64,000 nucleotides of DNA from Bacillales bacterium UBA6865 (GTDB lineage Bacteria > Bacillota_I > Bacilli_A > RFN20 > CAG-826), in assembly GCA_002449265.1 (NCBI GenBank), contig DKCV01000016.1:28718-92717 (forward strand). The letters are read 5' to 3'. The notes beneath the pieces were generated by a model, which did no database searches, had not been told where the DNA came from, and was given only the letters and a program-made list of their open reading frames with translations. The position numbers were made by a program, and so were the translations under genes. Positions within the stretch are counted from its first letter, which is position 1; the number at the start of each line of letters is the position of its first letter. Shown here piece by piece: positions 28,349-37,703 of the stretch.

Positions 28349-30299
28349 GCTTTACCTCCTTCTTTGATTCTTTTTTGGCTTTTGTCGTCTTAACGCTTTT
28401 TGCCGCTTTTGCAACTGGCCTCTCCTCTTTTTCCGCTGGAGCGGGTTTTGCTTTGATATCGTTAAGAATCGAGTTCTTGTAATTATCAGGGAGCGGAGTT
28501 GCTTCAGGATGTTTCATTAAGGCGTCTTTGATACGCGCGATAACGACATCCGGAGCGTGAAGGTCTCTAGCGTTTGGATGCAAATTCCAAGTCGCCGCGA
28601 AATGGGTTTTCGACACTTCGAAGAATGGGGGTTGCTCTAATTCGTCTATCTTTAAAGCGTGCTCATTTCTAGCCGCGAAGGCATCTCCTTTTGGAGGGAG
28701 AAGCATATTGGGGGGAGTGCCAGGAATCGCATTGAGCTCTTCTTTGGTATTTAAGTCTGGCATTGATCCGAGTAACGCCCAAGTGTAAGGATGACGAGGA
28801 TCATAGAAGATTTCCTTTGCGGTGCCATATTCCACGATTTTACCCGCATACATCACGGCGATATCGTCCGCCATATTGGCAACGACGCCTAAGTCGTGAG
28901 TAATGAAGACGATGGACAAATTGCGTTCTGCTTTGAGTTTATTGATGAGCTCAAGGATTTGCGCTTGAATCGTGACGTCTAGCGCAGTAGTAGGCTCATC
29001 GCAAATGAGAACTTCTGGCGAAGAACATAGGGCAATTGCGATAACGATACGCTGCCTCATACCACCCGATAATTCGAATGGGTATTGCTTGTAGCGGCGT
29101 TCAGGTTCGTCAATTCCGACTTCTCCTAACATCTTGATGGCTTTTTCTTTCGCATCATGTTTGCTTAATTTTGAAGCGCGGATTTTCAAAGCCTCTTCGT
29201 AAACGCTTAGAGCCTCTTTTGCGTAGGATTTAACGTAATCATCGTCCAATTTGAGGAGATTCTCTAAATGAGCGACAAGCTCTTCGAGATCCTTTTTGTA
29301 GGAAGCGATTTGATTTTCTACGCTTAAGATGATTTCAGGGAGCTTCGCTCTTTCGCTAGGCGGGAGAGAATAGAAGTCATTTACGTGATATTTTTCCATG
29401 GCTTTGGTTTGCTTAGCCATGTTCTTTTTGCTATCGCGATAAGTATCTAGGTGGTTCTTGTTGACAGTCGGGAAGACTTCGACGATGTTATCACTTGCGT
29501 TAGCCATATGGAGGACGCAGCGTTTCGTCTCTTTTGCTAAGGCTTTGAGCGAAAGATAGATTGCCTCGATGGAGACGTTTTCTTTTCCGAATTCTTCCGT
29601 GAGGATTCTCTTTAATTTCGGTAAGACTAATTCGATTGCTTTTGCGCGCTCTTTACTATCAAGCTCGGCAGCTTTCTCGAATAGAGGGAGGTAATCATTG
29701 ATGTTATATTCCTTCTTTTCTGTAATGGGCTTCTCTTTCTTAGCAGAGAATAAAGATAGGCATTTGCCGCGCGCTTTTTCCAAAACGGAAAGATATTTTG
29801 TGGAACGAGTAGGATAGGCTTCATCGCTTTTTTGGCGTAATTCCCTTCCTATTAGCTTATCTGCAAGAATTAACGCGTGATTAAACCTAGCAAGGTCTTT
29901 TTTGGCCTCTTTGACATCGGCTTTATGCTTTAATTCGATTGCTTCGGTAAGCTGTTTTCCCACAATCATGATTGGGTTAAGGCTAGAAAGAGGATCTTGG
30001 AAGATCATTGAAATCTTAACGCCTCTGATTTTATGGAAATGCTCTTCATCGATTTTGAGCAAATCTTGCCCATCATAAAGGATTTGGCCGCCTTCGATGA
30101 TTTTGTTGTTCGCCAAGATGCCTAGAATCGCTTTGGAGGTGACGCTTTTCCCAGAGCCAGATTCCCCAACGATCGCTAGCGTCCTTCCTTTGTATAAATC
30201 AAAGGAAATGCCGCGTACGGCCTTTACGGTGCCTCCGTTGGTGCGGAAGGAGATACGAAGGTCTTTCACTTCGAGAATTTTATTATTTTCTATGCTCAT
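28338..30299 (-). CDS. oppD: Oligopeptide ABC transporter ATP-binding protein OppD-type with a ~245-aa insertion and a K-rich C-terminal tail
   Basis: Walker A GESGSGKS (aa ~45), Q-loop IFQDPLSSLNP (aa ~100), signature LSGGMRQR (aa ~410), Walker B LICDEPTTALD. Confidence 0.85.
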   Translation of the reverse strand: MSIENNKILEVKDLRISFRTNGGTVKAVRGISFDLYKGRTLAIVGESGSGKSVTSKAILGILANNKIIEGGQILYDGQDLLKIDEEHFHKIRGVKISMIFQDPLSSLNPIMIVGKQLTEAIELKHKADVKEAKKDLARFNHALILADKLIGRELRQKSDEAYPTRSTKYLSVLEKARGKCLSLFSAKKEKPITEKKEYNINDYLPLFEKAAELDSKERAKAIELVLPKLKRILTEEFGKENVSIEAIYLSLKALAKETKRCVLHMANASDNIVEVFPTVNKNHLDTYRDSKKNMAKQTKAMEKYHVNDFYSLPPSERAKLPEIILSVENQIASYKKDLEELVAHLENLLKLDDDYVKSYAKEALSVYEEALKIRASKLSKHDAKEKAIKMLGEVGIDEPERRYKQYPFELSGGMRQRIVIAIALCSSPEVLICDEPTTALDVTIQAQILELINKLKAERNLSIVFITHDLGVVANMADDIAVMYAGKIVEYGTAKEIFYDPRHPYTWALLGSMPDLNTKEELNAIPGTPPNMLLPPKGDAFAARNEHALKIDELEQPPFFEVSKTHFAATWNLHPNARDLHAPDVVIARIKDALMKHPEATPLPDNYKNSILNDIKAKPAPAEKEERPVAKAAKSVKTTKAKKESKKEVKHGK

Positions 30300-31978
30300 T
30301 ATTCATCCGCTCCTTTCAAAGACGTATTGAAGGCATCACGCAAGCCGTTTCCAAATAGATTAAAGCAAATCATAAGTAAGGAAATGATGATGCAGGGGAA
30401 AAGAAGCACGTGCGGATAGGTCTTTAAACCCGCGCTTTGCCCTTCGTTAAGAAGAGTGCCGATTGAGGATAAGCCGCTTGTCGAGAAATTGATAATGCCT
30501 AAGTAGGATAAGCTAGATTCGCTAAAGATAACGCTTGGAATCATTAAAACGCTAGAAGTGACAAGCGTTCCAATCGCGTTAGGCAAAATATGTCTGAAGA
30601 TTAATCGCGAGTCCTTTGCGCCGAGCGTTCTACTCGCTAAAACGTATTCTTGGCCCTTGAAGCGATAGAATTGCATACGGGTCGTAGAAGCTACCCCAGT
30701 CCAGCCAGAATAGACGAAGGCGATAAGGAAAGATAGAACGATAATCCCTGCTTCGCCTAAAGCGTTTTTGAGTTCCAAATTGTTTACAAACTGGATGGAA
30801 CATATCGTCAAGATGATGATCGAGGGGATATTTGCGATGATATCGGTGATGCGTTCCATCACTAAATCCACCGTCCCGCCATAATATCCAGAAATTGCGC
30901 CCCAGATTAAGCCGATAATGAAATTGATCGCACTAATGACGATACCTAGTAGCAAGGAGAATCTAGTGCCTTCCGCTAAACGGAGGAAGATATCTTTCCC
31001 TTGGTCATTTGCACCGAAGAAATAGTATGGCTTGAAGCCGTTTTTATAGGTGAAATAATCAAAATAATCGACACGAATCGTATATTCGCCGTTTTCGATT
31101 TTGCCGTAAACGTAATTGCCATCAGCGTCTTTTTGATAGATTTCTTTAAACGTTCTATCGTGGCCTTTGCCTTCTGTGACTGGGACGATATTGTTTTGGT
31201 TCCAGGTGTATGGTTTTTCTTTTCCGCTGCGCTTTGCCTTGACTTCGTAATAGCAGTTCGGGTTTTGGTTATAGTACATCTGCACTTGGTCGATGATGTT
31301 ATTGATGATGTTTTCGCTAGCGCCATCGTTTTGTAGTTCCTCTTTATAGCGAGCGATATAAGTTTCGCTATCGACAAGAGGATGGAGGATTTTGCTTCCC
31401 TCCGATTGTTCTTTGTCGTAAGCGACGAGATTATTGTACACTTCAGGTGTGACTTTCACGATTTTGCAGCCGACGGCATAAGAATCGATTCTCACGTTAT
31501 AAGTCGTGGTTTTGATTGCTCCGACTTGCGTCACGGTCGTCGATTCTAATTTCACGAATGGCTTATGGTTAGAGTCATCGTTCTTCTTAATGAGATAATC
31601 GACCTCGCTATAGGATTTCACTTCCGTCCCATCCCAGAAACCGCTGCCTTTGAACATCGGGTTATAGGGGAGAGCGTACTTAAAGTTCGTATCCTCGTAG
31701 CCATCGGGGAAATCTTTCGTAGAGACATGCGCTTTTGGTGAAGCTAATGGGACAATAATCGCAAATAAAGCGATTAGCAAAATAATGATCGCAGCAACGA
31801 TAGACGCTTTGTTTTTGGCAAAGCGGTTGAAGCAGTCATGAAGGTATGAAACTGGCTTCGTTTCGAATGCTTGATCATGAAGACTTGAATGGTCAGGAAG
31901 CTCTTGAAATAGAGATTGATCCAACTTGGAAGCGTCCATAATGGATTCATTTGTCGTTTTCATTTCATTCTGTTCCAT
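30299..31978 (-). CDS. oppC: Oligopeptide ABC permease OppC-type with a large extracytoplasmic loop
   Basis: 559 aa. TM1 near aa 55-80, then ~245 hydrophilic residues before the conserved GKDIFLRL...permease core. EAA-like region ASRTLGAKDSRLIFRHILPN. 1-nt overlaps with both neighbours. Confidence 0.85.
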   Translation of the reverse strand: MEQNEMKTTNESIMDASKLDQSLFQELPDHSSLHDQAFETKPVSYLHDCFNRFAKNKASIVAAIIILLIALFAIIVPLASPKAHVSTKDFPDGYEDTNFKYALPYNPMFKGSGFWDGTEVKSYSEVDYLIKKNDDSNHKPFVKLESTTVTQVGAIKTTTYNVRIDSYAVGCKIVKVTPEVYNNLVAYDKEQSEGSKILHPLVDSETYIARYKEELQNDGASENIINNIIDQVQMYYNQNPNCYYEVKAKRSGKEKPYTWNQNNIVPVTEGKGHDRTFKEIYQKDADGNYVYGKIENGEYTIRVDYFDYFTYKNGFKPYYFFGANDQGKDIFLRLAEGTRFSLLLGIVISAINFIIGLIWGAISGYYGGTVDLVMERITDIIANIPSIIILTICSIQFVNNLELKNALGEAGIIVLSFLIAFVYSGWTGVASTTRMQFYRFKGQEYVLASRTLGAKDSRLIFRHILPNAIGTLVTSSVLMIPSVIFSESSLSYLGIINFSTSGLSSIGTLLNEGQSAGLKTYPHVLLFPCIIISLLMICFNLFGNGLRDAFNTSLKGADE

Positions 31979-32997
31979 TATTTTTTACCTCCCATACGAA
32001 TGCGCGGATCAACTAAGCCATACGAAACGTCTACGACTAGGCTACCGACAAGCCCAATCAAGATGTAGAACATCGAAACGAATTGGAAAACGTCGTAGTC
32101 GCGTTTTTGGATGGACTCAAGATATAAGCCACCCACTCCAGGGACGCTGAAGATGTTTTCGATGATCATTGAGCCGCTAAGAATGCCGATGATGGTTCCC
32201 AAAATCATCGGGAAGATTGGGACAAGGCTATTGCGGAAAGCGTGACGAACGGTCGCTTGTGTCTTCGTTAAGCCTTTCGTTCTAGCAAGTAGCATAAAAT
32301 CACTTGTGAGGACTTCCGTTAGCTCAGCACGAGTATAACGGGCAAATCCCGCTATGGATCCGAATGACATCGCTAGAATCGGAAGAATCATTGATTTGAA
32401 CACTTCTGGATTACTCCATCCTCCTGGGTAAAGGCTATAGTCATAGACCATCGGAGGAAGGATTTTCCAAACGTAGCCAAAATAGTTTTGAAGCAAGAAC
32501 GCAAATACGAAAGAGGGGATGGAAATGAAAAGCATAACCACAATATTTAAGACGTGGTCATCCCATTTGTTTTTGCGTAATGCCATATAGATGCCTAAAG
32601 CAATTCCAAGAGGAACGCTGATGATGATGCTATAGAGATTAATCAAAATGGTCGGCGTCATGCGCTTAAACAAAACTTCAGGAGGGGTAGAGAGCCATTC
32701 GACCTTGTAGCTATAGCCCCATTTCGATTGATTGTTCGGATTGAAAAATGCCACAATCCAATTTCCAAGCTGCTCGAATACGGGGATTGTCTCGTATTGC
32801 CCATTTGGGAGTTTCCTCATTCGCCCTTGATTTACTAGACTCATATAGAAAACTTCCGGGTCTTTTAGACCGCTATCATTAGTGATTGGAAGTAATCGAA
32901 TCATGATAAAGCAAAGGAAAAAGATTACTAGGAACGTGAAAATCATGAGGATCACACGTTGAAGGATATAGAGAAGTGTTTGTTTTGTTTGCCTCAT
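31978..32997 (-). CDS. oppB: Oligopeptide ABC permease OppB-type
   Basis: 339 aa. RYTRAELTEVLTSDFMLLARTKGL...VRHAFRNSLVPI is a typical OppB/DppB core. Ends VDPRIRMGGKK. Confidence 0.85.
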   Translation of the reverse strand: MRQTKQTLLYILQRVILMIFTFLVIFFLCFIMIRLLPITNDSGLKDPEVFYMSLVNQGRMRKLPNGQYETIPVFEQLGNWIVAFFNPNNQSKWGYSYKVEWLSTPPEVLFKRMTPTILINLYSIIISVPLGIALGIYMALRKNKWDDHVLNIVVMLFISIPSFVFAFLLQNYFGYVWKILPPMVYDYSLYPGGWSNPEVFKSMILPILAMSFGSIAGFARYTRAELTEVLTSDFMLLARTKGLTKTQATVRHAFRNSLVPIFPMILGTIIGILSGSMIIENIFSVPGVGGLYLESIQKRDYDVFQFVSMFYILIGLVGSLVVDVSYGLVDPRIRMGGKK

Positions 32998-33020
32998 TTT
33001 GCTTTTCCCTTCTTACAAAT

Positions 33021-33054
33021 ATTTGGATAGACGCCTTTTAGCGCCTATCCAAAT
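33021..33054 (-). terminator. Stable intra-operon hairpin between oppA1 and oppB1 (attenuator or mRNA-stabiliser candidate)
   Basis: ATTTGGATAGACGC / GCGCCTATCCAAAT arms. The single non-Watson-Crick position is a G.U pair in the minus-strand transcript. Only a weak U-tract follows. Confidence 0.5.
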
Positions 33055-33072
33055 GAGTATCGGATGAAGTGA

Positions 33073-35817
33073 TTAATCTTCGTTTCCGTATGAGATGTAA
33101 ATGTTAGAAAGATCTTGGTTTTGGCTATTCACGAAATTCCTCCATTCACCGTTATTGTAGTTGAACTTCATGAAGCGGATTCCGCCATAGCCGACGAGGT
33201 TGATATAGGATTCCGTCGCGTTTTCGATCTTTAAGCCCGTTAGGCTAGAAGTGCCGCGTGCGACAATCGGGATGGCCTCGAAGCGGTTGATGACGCCAGC
33301 TTCGGTACCGGCGAGGATGGTGAGCTTCTTCTTGTGAGCCGCCTCCCAGGCTGGGCGAGTCGCGTCGGTGAGCTCGTCGTAGTCGCCCTCGGTCATGTTG
33401 TTCATCTCCTGGTACCAGGCGTCGTAGCTCTTCGTCTCGCCAGCGCCCTTTTCCCCGTCGCCGTTCAGGTCGATCCAGAGGTTCTCGTTGTCTTGCTTCC
33501 CCTTGAAGCCGTACTCGCAGGTGCTCGTGAAGCTCTTGTCGAGATAGACCTGCATCAATCCATAAGGGTTGATGGCGGCCCCGCCCCAAATCGAGAAGAT
33601 CATGTCGTAGTTGCCTTGCTTGGCGCTATTGTAGTAGTCCTCGTCCTTCTGGGTGTGGAGGTTGAGCGTGATGGCGTCTTTCTCGCCCTTGAGCAAGCCG
33701 TCCTCCTCCTGGAGCTTACCGACCGCGAGGTTTATCGCGTCGCTCCACGCTTTGTTGATAAAGGCGTACATCGCCTTCGTCGTCTCGGTCGTGTCGTCGT
33801 AGACGCGGAACTCGATGTCGATGCTGTTGCCGGGGACAAGGTGCCCATCGGAGGTGCTATTCAGCTCGTCCTTGATGCCTTTGGCGATGTACTGGACCGC
33901 GAGGCTTTTGTTGTAGCCGACCGCGCTTTCGGATAGCGCCTTCTTTTCGCCGATCGTCTCTCCGCCGAGATTCCCGTAGACCATGCCGTAGACGCTTTTG
34001 CCCTCCGCGGTGTTGCGGTACATCTCGCCGGTCGCGACGTTAGCGATGTATAGGTCGTTGAGGAGCCCCGTGAAGCCCTTCGAGCCGGCCGTGGTGCTCG
34101 CCGCGAAGGCGTTGCGGTCGATCGAAAGGGAGAGCCCGGTGCGGAAGTCCTTGTTGGCCAATATGGTCTTGTTGCCGTTCCCGCTCTGCCTCTCCCTGAG
34201 CTTATTCCGCTCGGTGTTGAAGGAGAGCTTCTGGGTGTAGGACTCGTAGGTCGTGGTGCGCCTGCCGGACTTCCCGTATTTTTCCATGTCGGTCTTGTTG
34301 AGGTCGATGTCGTCGAGGTTCCCTTTCATGAACTCCTCGACGGCGGTCTGGTGGTCCTTGATGATGCGGGTGTAGACGCGGTCCATCTGGAACTGGCCGT
34401 TGTGTGCCCCATCCGAGTAGCCGTACCATCTGTCGTTCTTCTCGATGGTGATGGAGGTGCCGCTCTCGAAGCCGGTGAGGCGGTACGGGCCGTAGGACAT
34501 GTAATTCTCGACGCTATTGGTCGCGTATTTGGTCGACTTGGCGTTGGCGCCGGTGTCGATTGTTAGCTTGTCGTAGAGAGGGATGTTGACGAGCCAGTTG
34601 CTCGTGAGGGCGAACTTGAGGTCGAGGGCGGAGATGGTCTTCGATAGATATAGCCTCAGCGTGTAGTCGTCCTTGGCCTGGATGCCGATGTCGTCGCTGC
34701 TGATCTCGACTGACTCGTGGGCGATGTTGGCGAATAGCGGGAGCTCCCAGTACCAGCTCGGGTTCGCGAACTGGTTCGCGGAGCCGATTGCGCTGACGAC
34801 AGTCTTCAGGTCTTCCTTCAATTGCTTCGTGCCGTATTTCTCGCTCCACTGCGCGTTTTCTTTCTCTTTTGTGGTGATCTTCGTGAGGACCTCGTTCTTG
34901 TCGAATTCGTCGATGTCGATGCTCGGCTGGTTCTCGAAGACCCAGTCGCTGACGCTAGCGGTCTTCGCGAACTCGTCCCATTTGTCCTTGTTGGTGGAGT
35001 TGGAGTGGTCAACGTATTTCCATAGATAGTAGGCGGTCCCGTTAGTGATGCGCTGGGCGGCCGCCTTCGCCGCGGAGCCGAAGTTGTTGTCGTATTGCTT
35101 CAGAAGCGTGTAGAAGTTCGGGGAGTTGTCGCCGATGTTGTCGCCGAAGATGGCTTTGACGTAGGCGTTCTCTGCCCCGAGGTTGATGTACCAGTAGCCG
35201 TTGCTATTGGAGATGATACCGTTGGTGGTCTTCGCTAGCTCCGTGTAGGCGCTCTCGATGGTGCTTCTGCCGTTTTTGTAGTAGGTCTCGGCGTTGGCCA
35301 AAACCAAATTGCCGTTATAGTAGCTATCGGCGCGGAAGTTCGCGAGCTTAGGGTTGAGGAGGCGCTCCATGGAGTCGACGTAGTCCTTGGCCTTGATGTC
35401 GGATCCATCCTCCCACTTCGCCTTCTTGTTGAGCGGGATCTCCCAGACCTGGCCCTTGCTCCAGTCCGTCGAGTAGTATTTGCTCTTGATCGAGTCGTAC
35501 TCGTCGCCGCTAAGATCGGCAGGGTCGATGGAGAGAGGCATGTCGCTAGCCATCTCGGCGACGAACTTGTAGCCGTCTTTGGTATCGTTCAATATGCAAT
35601 CGTATAGGCCGATCTCGGTGAAGCTAGTGATGTAGGATTCGTCGTTGGTCTGCCAGTTGTGGACGTTCCAGTTGGTCGGGGACGTCGAAAGATATGTGCG
35701 GTAGGTGTAGCCGCTATCTTTCTCTGCGGTTGGGCCTTTTCTTCCGCCGCACGCAGTGAGAGCAAGGATTGCCGCTAGCGAGAGAAAGCCGGTGCCTAAT
35801 AGTTGTTTTCTTTTCAT
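33073..35817 (-). CDS. oppA: Oligopeptide-binding lipoprotein OppA-type (914 aa), compositionally GC-rich
   Basis: Lipobox LTACGG. Colinear with the OppA2 paralog (C-terminal LVGYGGIRFMKFNYNNGEWRNFVN vs LIGYGGIREMRLLKNNSEWKKWVN). First gene of the oppABCDF order. Confidence 0.8.
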   Translation of the reverse strand: MKRKQLLGTGFLSLAAILALTACGGRKGPTAEKDSGYTYRTYLSTSPTNWNVHNWQTNDESYITSFTEIGLYDCILNDTKDGYKFVAEMASDMPLSIDPADLSGDEYDSIKSKYYSTDWSKGQVWEIPLNKKAKWEDGSDIKAKDYVDSMERLLNPKLANFRADSYYNGNLVLANAETYYKNGRSTIESAYTELAKTTNGIISNSNGYWYINLGAENAYVKAIFGDNIGDNSPNFYTLLKQYDNNFGSAAKAAAQRITNGTAYYLWKYVDHSNSTNKDKWDEFAKTASVSDWVFENQPSIDIDEFDKNEVLTKITTKEKENAQWSEKYGTKQLKEDLKTVVSAIGSANQFANPSWYWELPLFANIAHESVEISSDDIGIQAKDDYTLRLYLSKTISALDLKFALTSNWLVNIPLYDKLTIDTGANAKSTKYATNSVENYMSYGPYRLTGFESGTSITIEKNDRWYGYSDGAHNGQFQMDRVYTRIIKDHQTAVEEFMKGNLDDIDLNKTDMEKYGKSGRRTTTYESYTQKLSFNTERNKLRERQSGNGNKTILANKDFRTGLSLSIDRNAFAASTTAGSKGFTGLLNDLYIANVATGEMYRNTAEGKSVYGMVYGNLGGETIGEKKALSESAVGYNKSLAVQYIAKGIKDELNSTSDGHLVPGNSIDIEFRVYDDTTETTKAMYAFINKAWSDAINLAVGKLQEEDGLLKGEKDAITLNLHTQKDEDYYNSAKQGNYDMIFSIWGGAAINPYGLMQVYLDKSFTSTCEYGFKGKQDNENLWIDLNGDGEKGAGETKSYDAWYQEMNNMTEGDYDELTDATRPAWEAAHKKKLTILAGTEAGVINRFEAIPIVARGTSSLTGLKIENATESYINLVGYGGIRFMKFNYNNGEWRNFVNSQNQDLSNIYISYGNED

Positions 35818-35844
35818 ATTTTTTCCTCCTAATTTAACGCCAAT

Positions 35845-35867
35845 AAGGGCCTCAAACTGAGACCCTT
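35845..35867 (-). terminator. Hairpin between the upstream lipoprotein gene and oppA1 (no U-tract)
   Basis: Minus strand AAGGGTCTCA-gtt-TGAGGCCCTT (one G.U). Followed by ATTGGCG, so its role as a terminator is uncertain. Confidence 0.35.
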
Positions 35868-35885
35868 AGGTTTTATCGAATGTTT

Positions 35886-37703
35886 TTATGCAATCGTGTA
35901 TTTGCTGAAGTCATTGGTGGTTGTGCCAACATTGCTAACTGTGTAAGTGCAATCAATATAGGAACCGCTGAATTCCGTCACAGGGAGATAAAGCAATGCT
36001 TTGACTACTATTTCCTTGGTTTCGGTATTCACGGCAAACGAACTATAGTTGCTCGATGTTGTGCCAGCGGCACTTTGGAAAATCATTCCAGCATCCGATA
36101 GTAGCGTTCCGAATCCATTGTTATTCCAAGAGCGGAGAGCAAGCTGATCGAATAGTTGTTGGAATAAGGTATTAGTCTTATTTCCAGCGCCATCGTCATC
36201 GCCAATATCGCCTCGATAGGTGATTAATTTGCCTGTCGTATCTACTTTCTTTGCTTTCCAGACGGTTTCGTCGATTGCATCGCTTGTAACTGCTTTTGCG
36301 GTGAAGGCATTGATTCCTTCTACGTCCCAAACACTCGTTTTGCCTTCGATTTCTTTCGCGACAATTCCCGATTCCTTGGTTTCGGTTTGGTATGCTTTGC
36401 CATCCTTATTGAAGAAAGCGGCTTCGGTAACGTCTTCTCCTTGCGTCAACTTCATGCTGATGCCGTCTTCTGTGATTTTGTTCACTTCTTGGATCGGAGC
36501 AGTGACGCCTTCCCCGAAGAAATATTCATATAGAGCGGTGGAAGAGCTAGAGCTAGATGAGGATGGAGCTAAGTCAATCGTGACTGTGTAATTCTTCGCA
36601 TCCGTGACATCTTTGAATGCCGTCGTGATTTCAGGCGATTCAAGTTTCTTTGGATAGTAGCTAGGATCGCTTATCGCTTTTTCAAGTTTAGCCACTCTAG
36701 CGTTTCCGACATCGCATAAGCGAAGTGGAGTATAACCCATTATCCCGGTTTCGTTTGTGGCTACATTCGTGGCATTGCAATAGGTGTACAAATAGAGCGT
36801 ATCGATTTCGTCATCATTATCCGTATCGTCCATGCCAAGCAAGATTGTGCCGCCAGTTTCTAATTTATAAGTCGTCCCATCGTTTGTCGTATAAGACTCT
36901 GGGATTCTGTTACTGCAGCCATAGAGGAGCAGATTGTCGGTGAATAAGGCATCTCCAACGAGCGTCTCGACTTCTTCGCCATCATCCCCTTCGCTCATTT
37001 CTGAGGTGAAGGAATAGCCATCGACTGGCATATCCATATTTACATAATAATAGGAATAATTGGCGAGAGCTCCTGGATAGAACACAGGGTCCCCTTTCTC
37101 ATTGAAATAGCCTTCGAAGCCGTTTGTCTCACCTGCTTCATTGGTAAGCATTGCAAGAATAAAGGAATTCGGATCACCGCTTTTATCCGTTTGACCAGGG
37201 TCAGATAAATTGAATGCCGCGGTATAATTTGGAGTATGGACATAGGAAAGCCCGCCATAAGTAAGAGCGGTTCCCGCGCTATTGAAATCCAAGAAATCGA
37301 TTTCATAGTTATTTGGAGTTTCCGCTAGCTTATCGAAGAACTTGATGAGCGTCATGTTGTCTTCGCTACGGCTATCGAGTGTCAATTTGTTATCGAAATC
37401 CACACGGTCATCCTTAAGGTGGAGATCGAAGTTTCCAATCTTTGTCGGCGTGATTTTGTGACCGTCGATTTTGACGCTTTCATCGTTACATGTGACGGTA
37501 TAAGTTTCGTCCTCGCTCTTGTTCTGACGAATGAGCGATAGATAATCGTCTAAGTTGATAGTTGCGTTGACTTGAACTGCTTTCAAATCCTGCTTGTAGT
37601 TTACTTTGTAGACATTAGATATCTCGTTCTCACCGCACGAAGCCAAAAACATGCTCGCGAGGAGTAGGCTAGATAGAGCTAATGATTTTTTATTAATTTT
37701 CAT
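35886..37703 (-). CDS. Lipoprotein, uncharacterised family, directly upstream of opp1
   Basis: Start set at the ATG at 37703 (MKINKKSLALSSLLLASMFLASCGE), preceded by AAAGGAAGG. Ser8 run. C-terminal motif CTYTVSNVGTTTNDFSKYTI resembles the C-termini of 9374..10705 and 14958..16268. Confidence 0.8.
   Translation of the reverse strand: MKINKKSLALSSLLLASMFLASCGENEISNVYKVNYKQDLKAVQVNATINLDDYLSLIRQNKSEDETYTVTCNDESVKIDGHKITPTKIGNFDLHLKDDRVDFDNKLTLDSRSEDNMTLIKFFDKLAETPNNYEIDFLDFNSAGTALTYGGLSYVHTPNYTAAFNLSDPGQTDKSGDPNSFILAMLTNEAGETNGFEGYFNEKGDPVFYPGALANYSYYYVNMDMPVDGYSFTSEMSEGDDGEEVETLVGDALFTDNLLLYGCSNRIPESYTTNDGTTYKLETGGTILLGMDDTDNDDEIDTLYLYTYCNATNVATNETGIMGYTPLRLCDVGNARVAKLEKAISDPSYYPKKLESPEITTAFKDVTDAKNYTVTIDLAPSSSSSSSSTALYEYFFGEGVTAPIQEVNKITEDGISMKLTQGEDVTEAAFFNKDGKAYQTETKESGIVAKEIEGKTSVWDVEGINAFTAKAVTSDAIDETVWKAKKVDTTGKLITYRGDIGDDDGAGNKTNTLFQQLFDQLALRSWNNNGFGTLLSDAGMIFQSAAGTTSSNYSSFAVNTETKEIVVKALLYLPVTEFSGSYIDCTYTVSNVGTTTNDFSKYTIA

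Noticed and set aside
33245-35029. Cluster of 64-200 aa ORFs on both strands inside oppA1 (for example 33334..33936, 34514..34849, 34673..35029)
   Set aside because: They overlap the long OppA frame and have Arg/Pro/Gly/Val-rich low-complexity translations. They are explained by the locally high GC content, which suppresses stop codons in off-frames.
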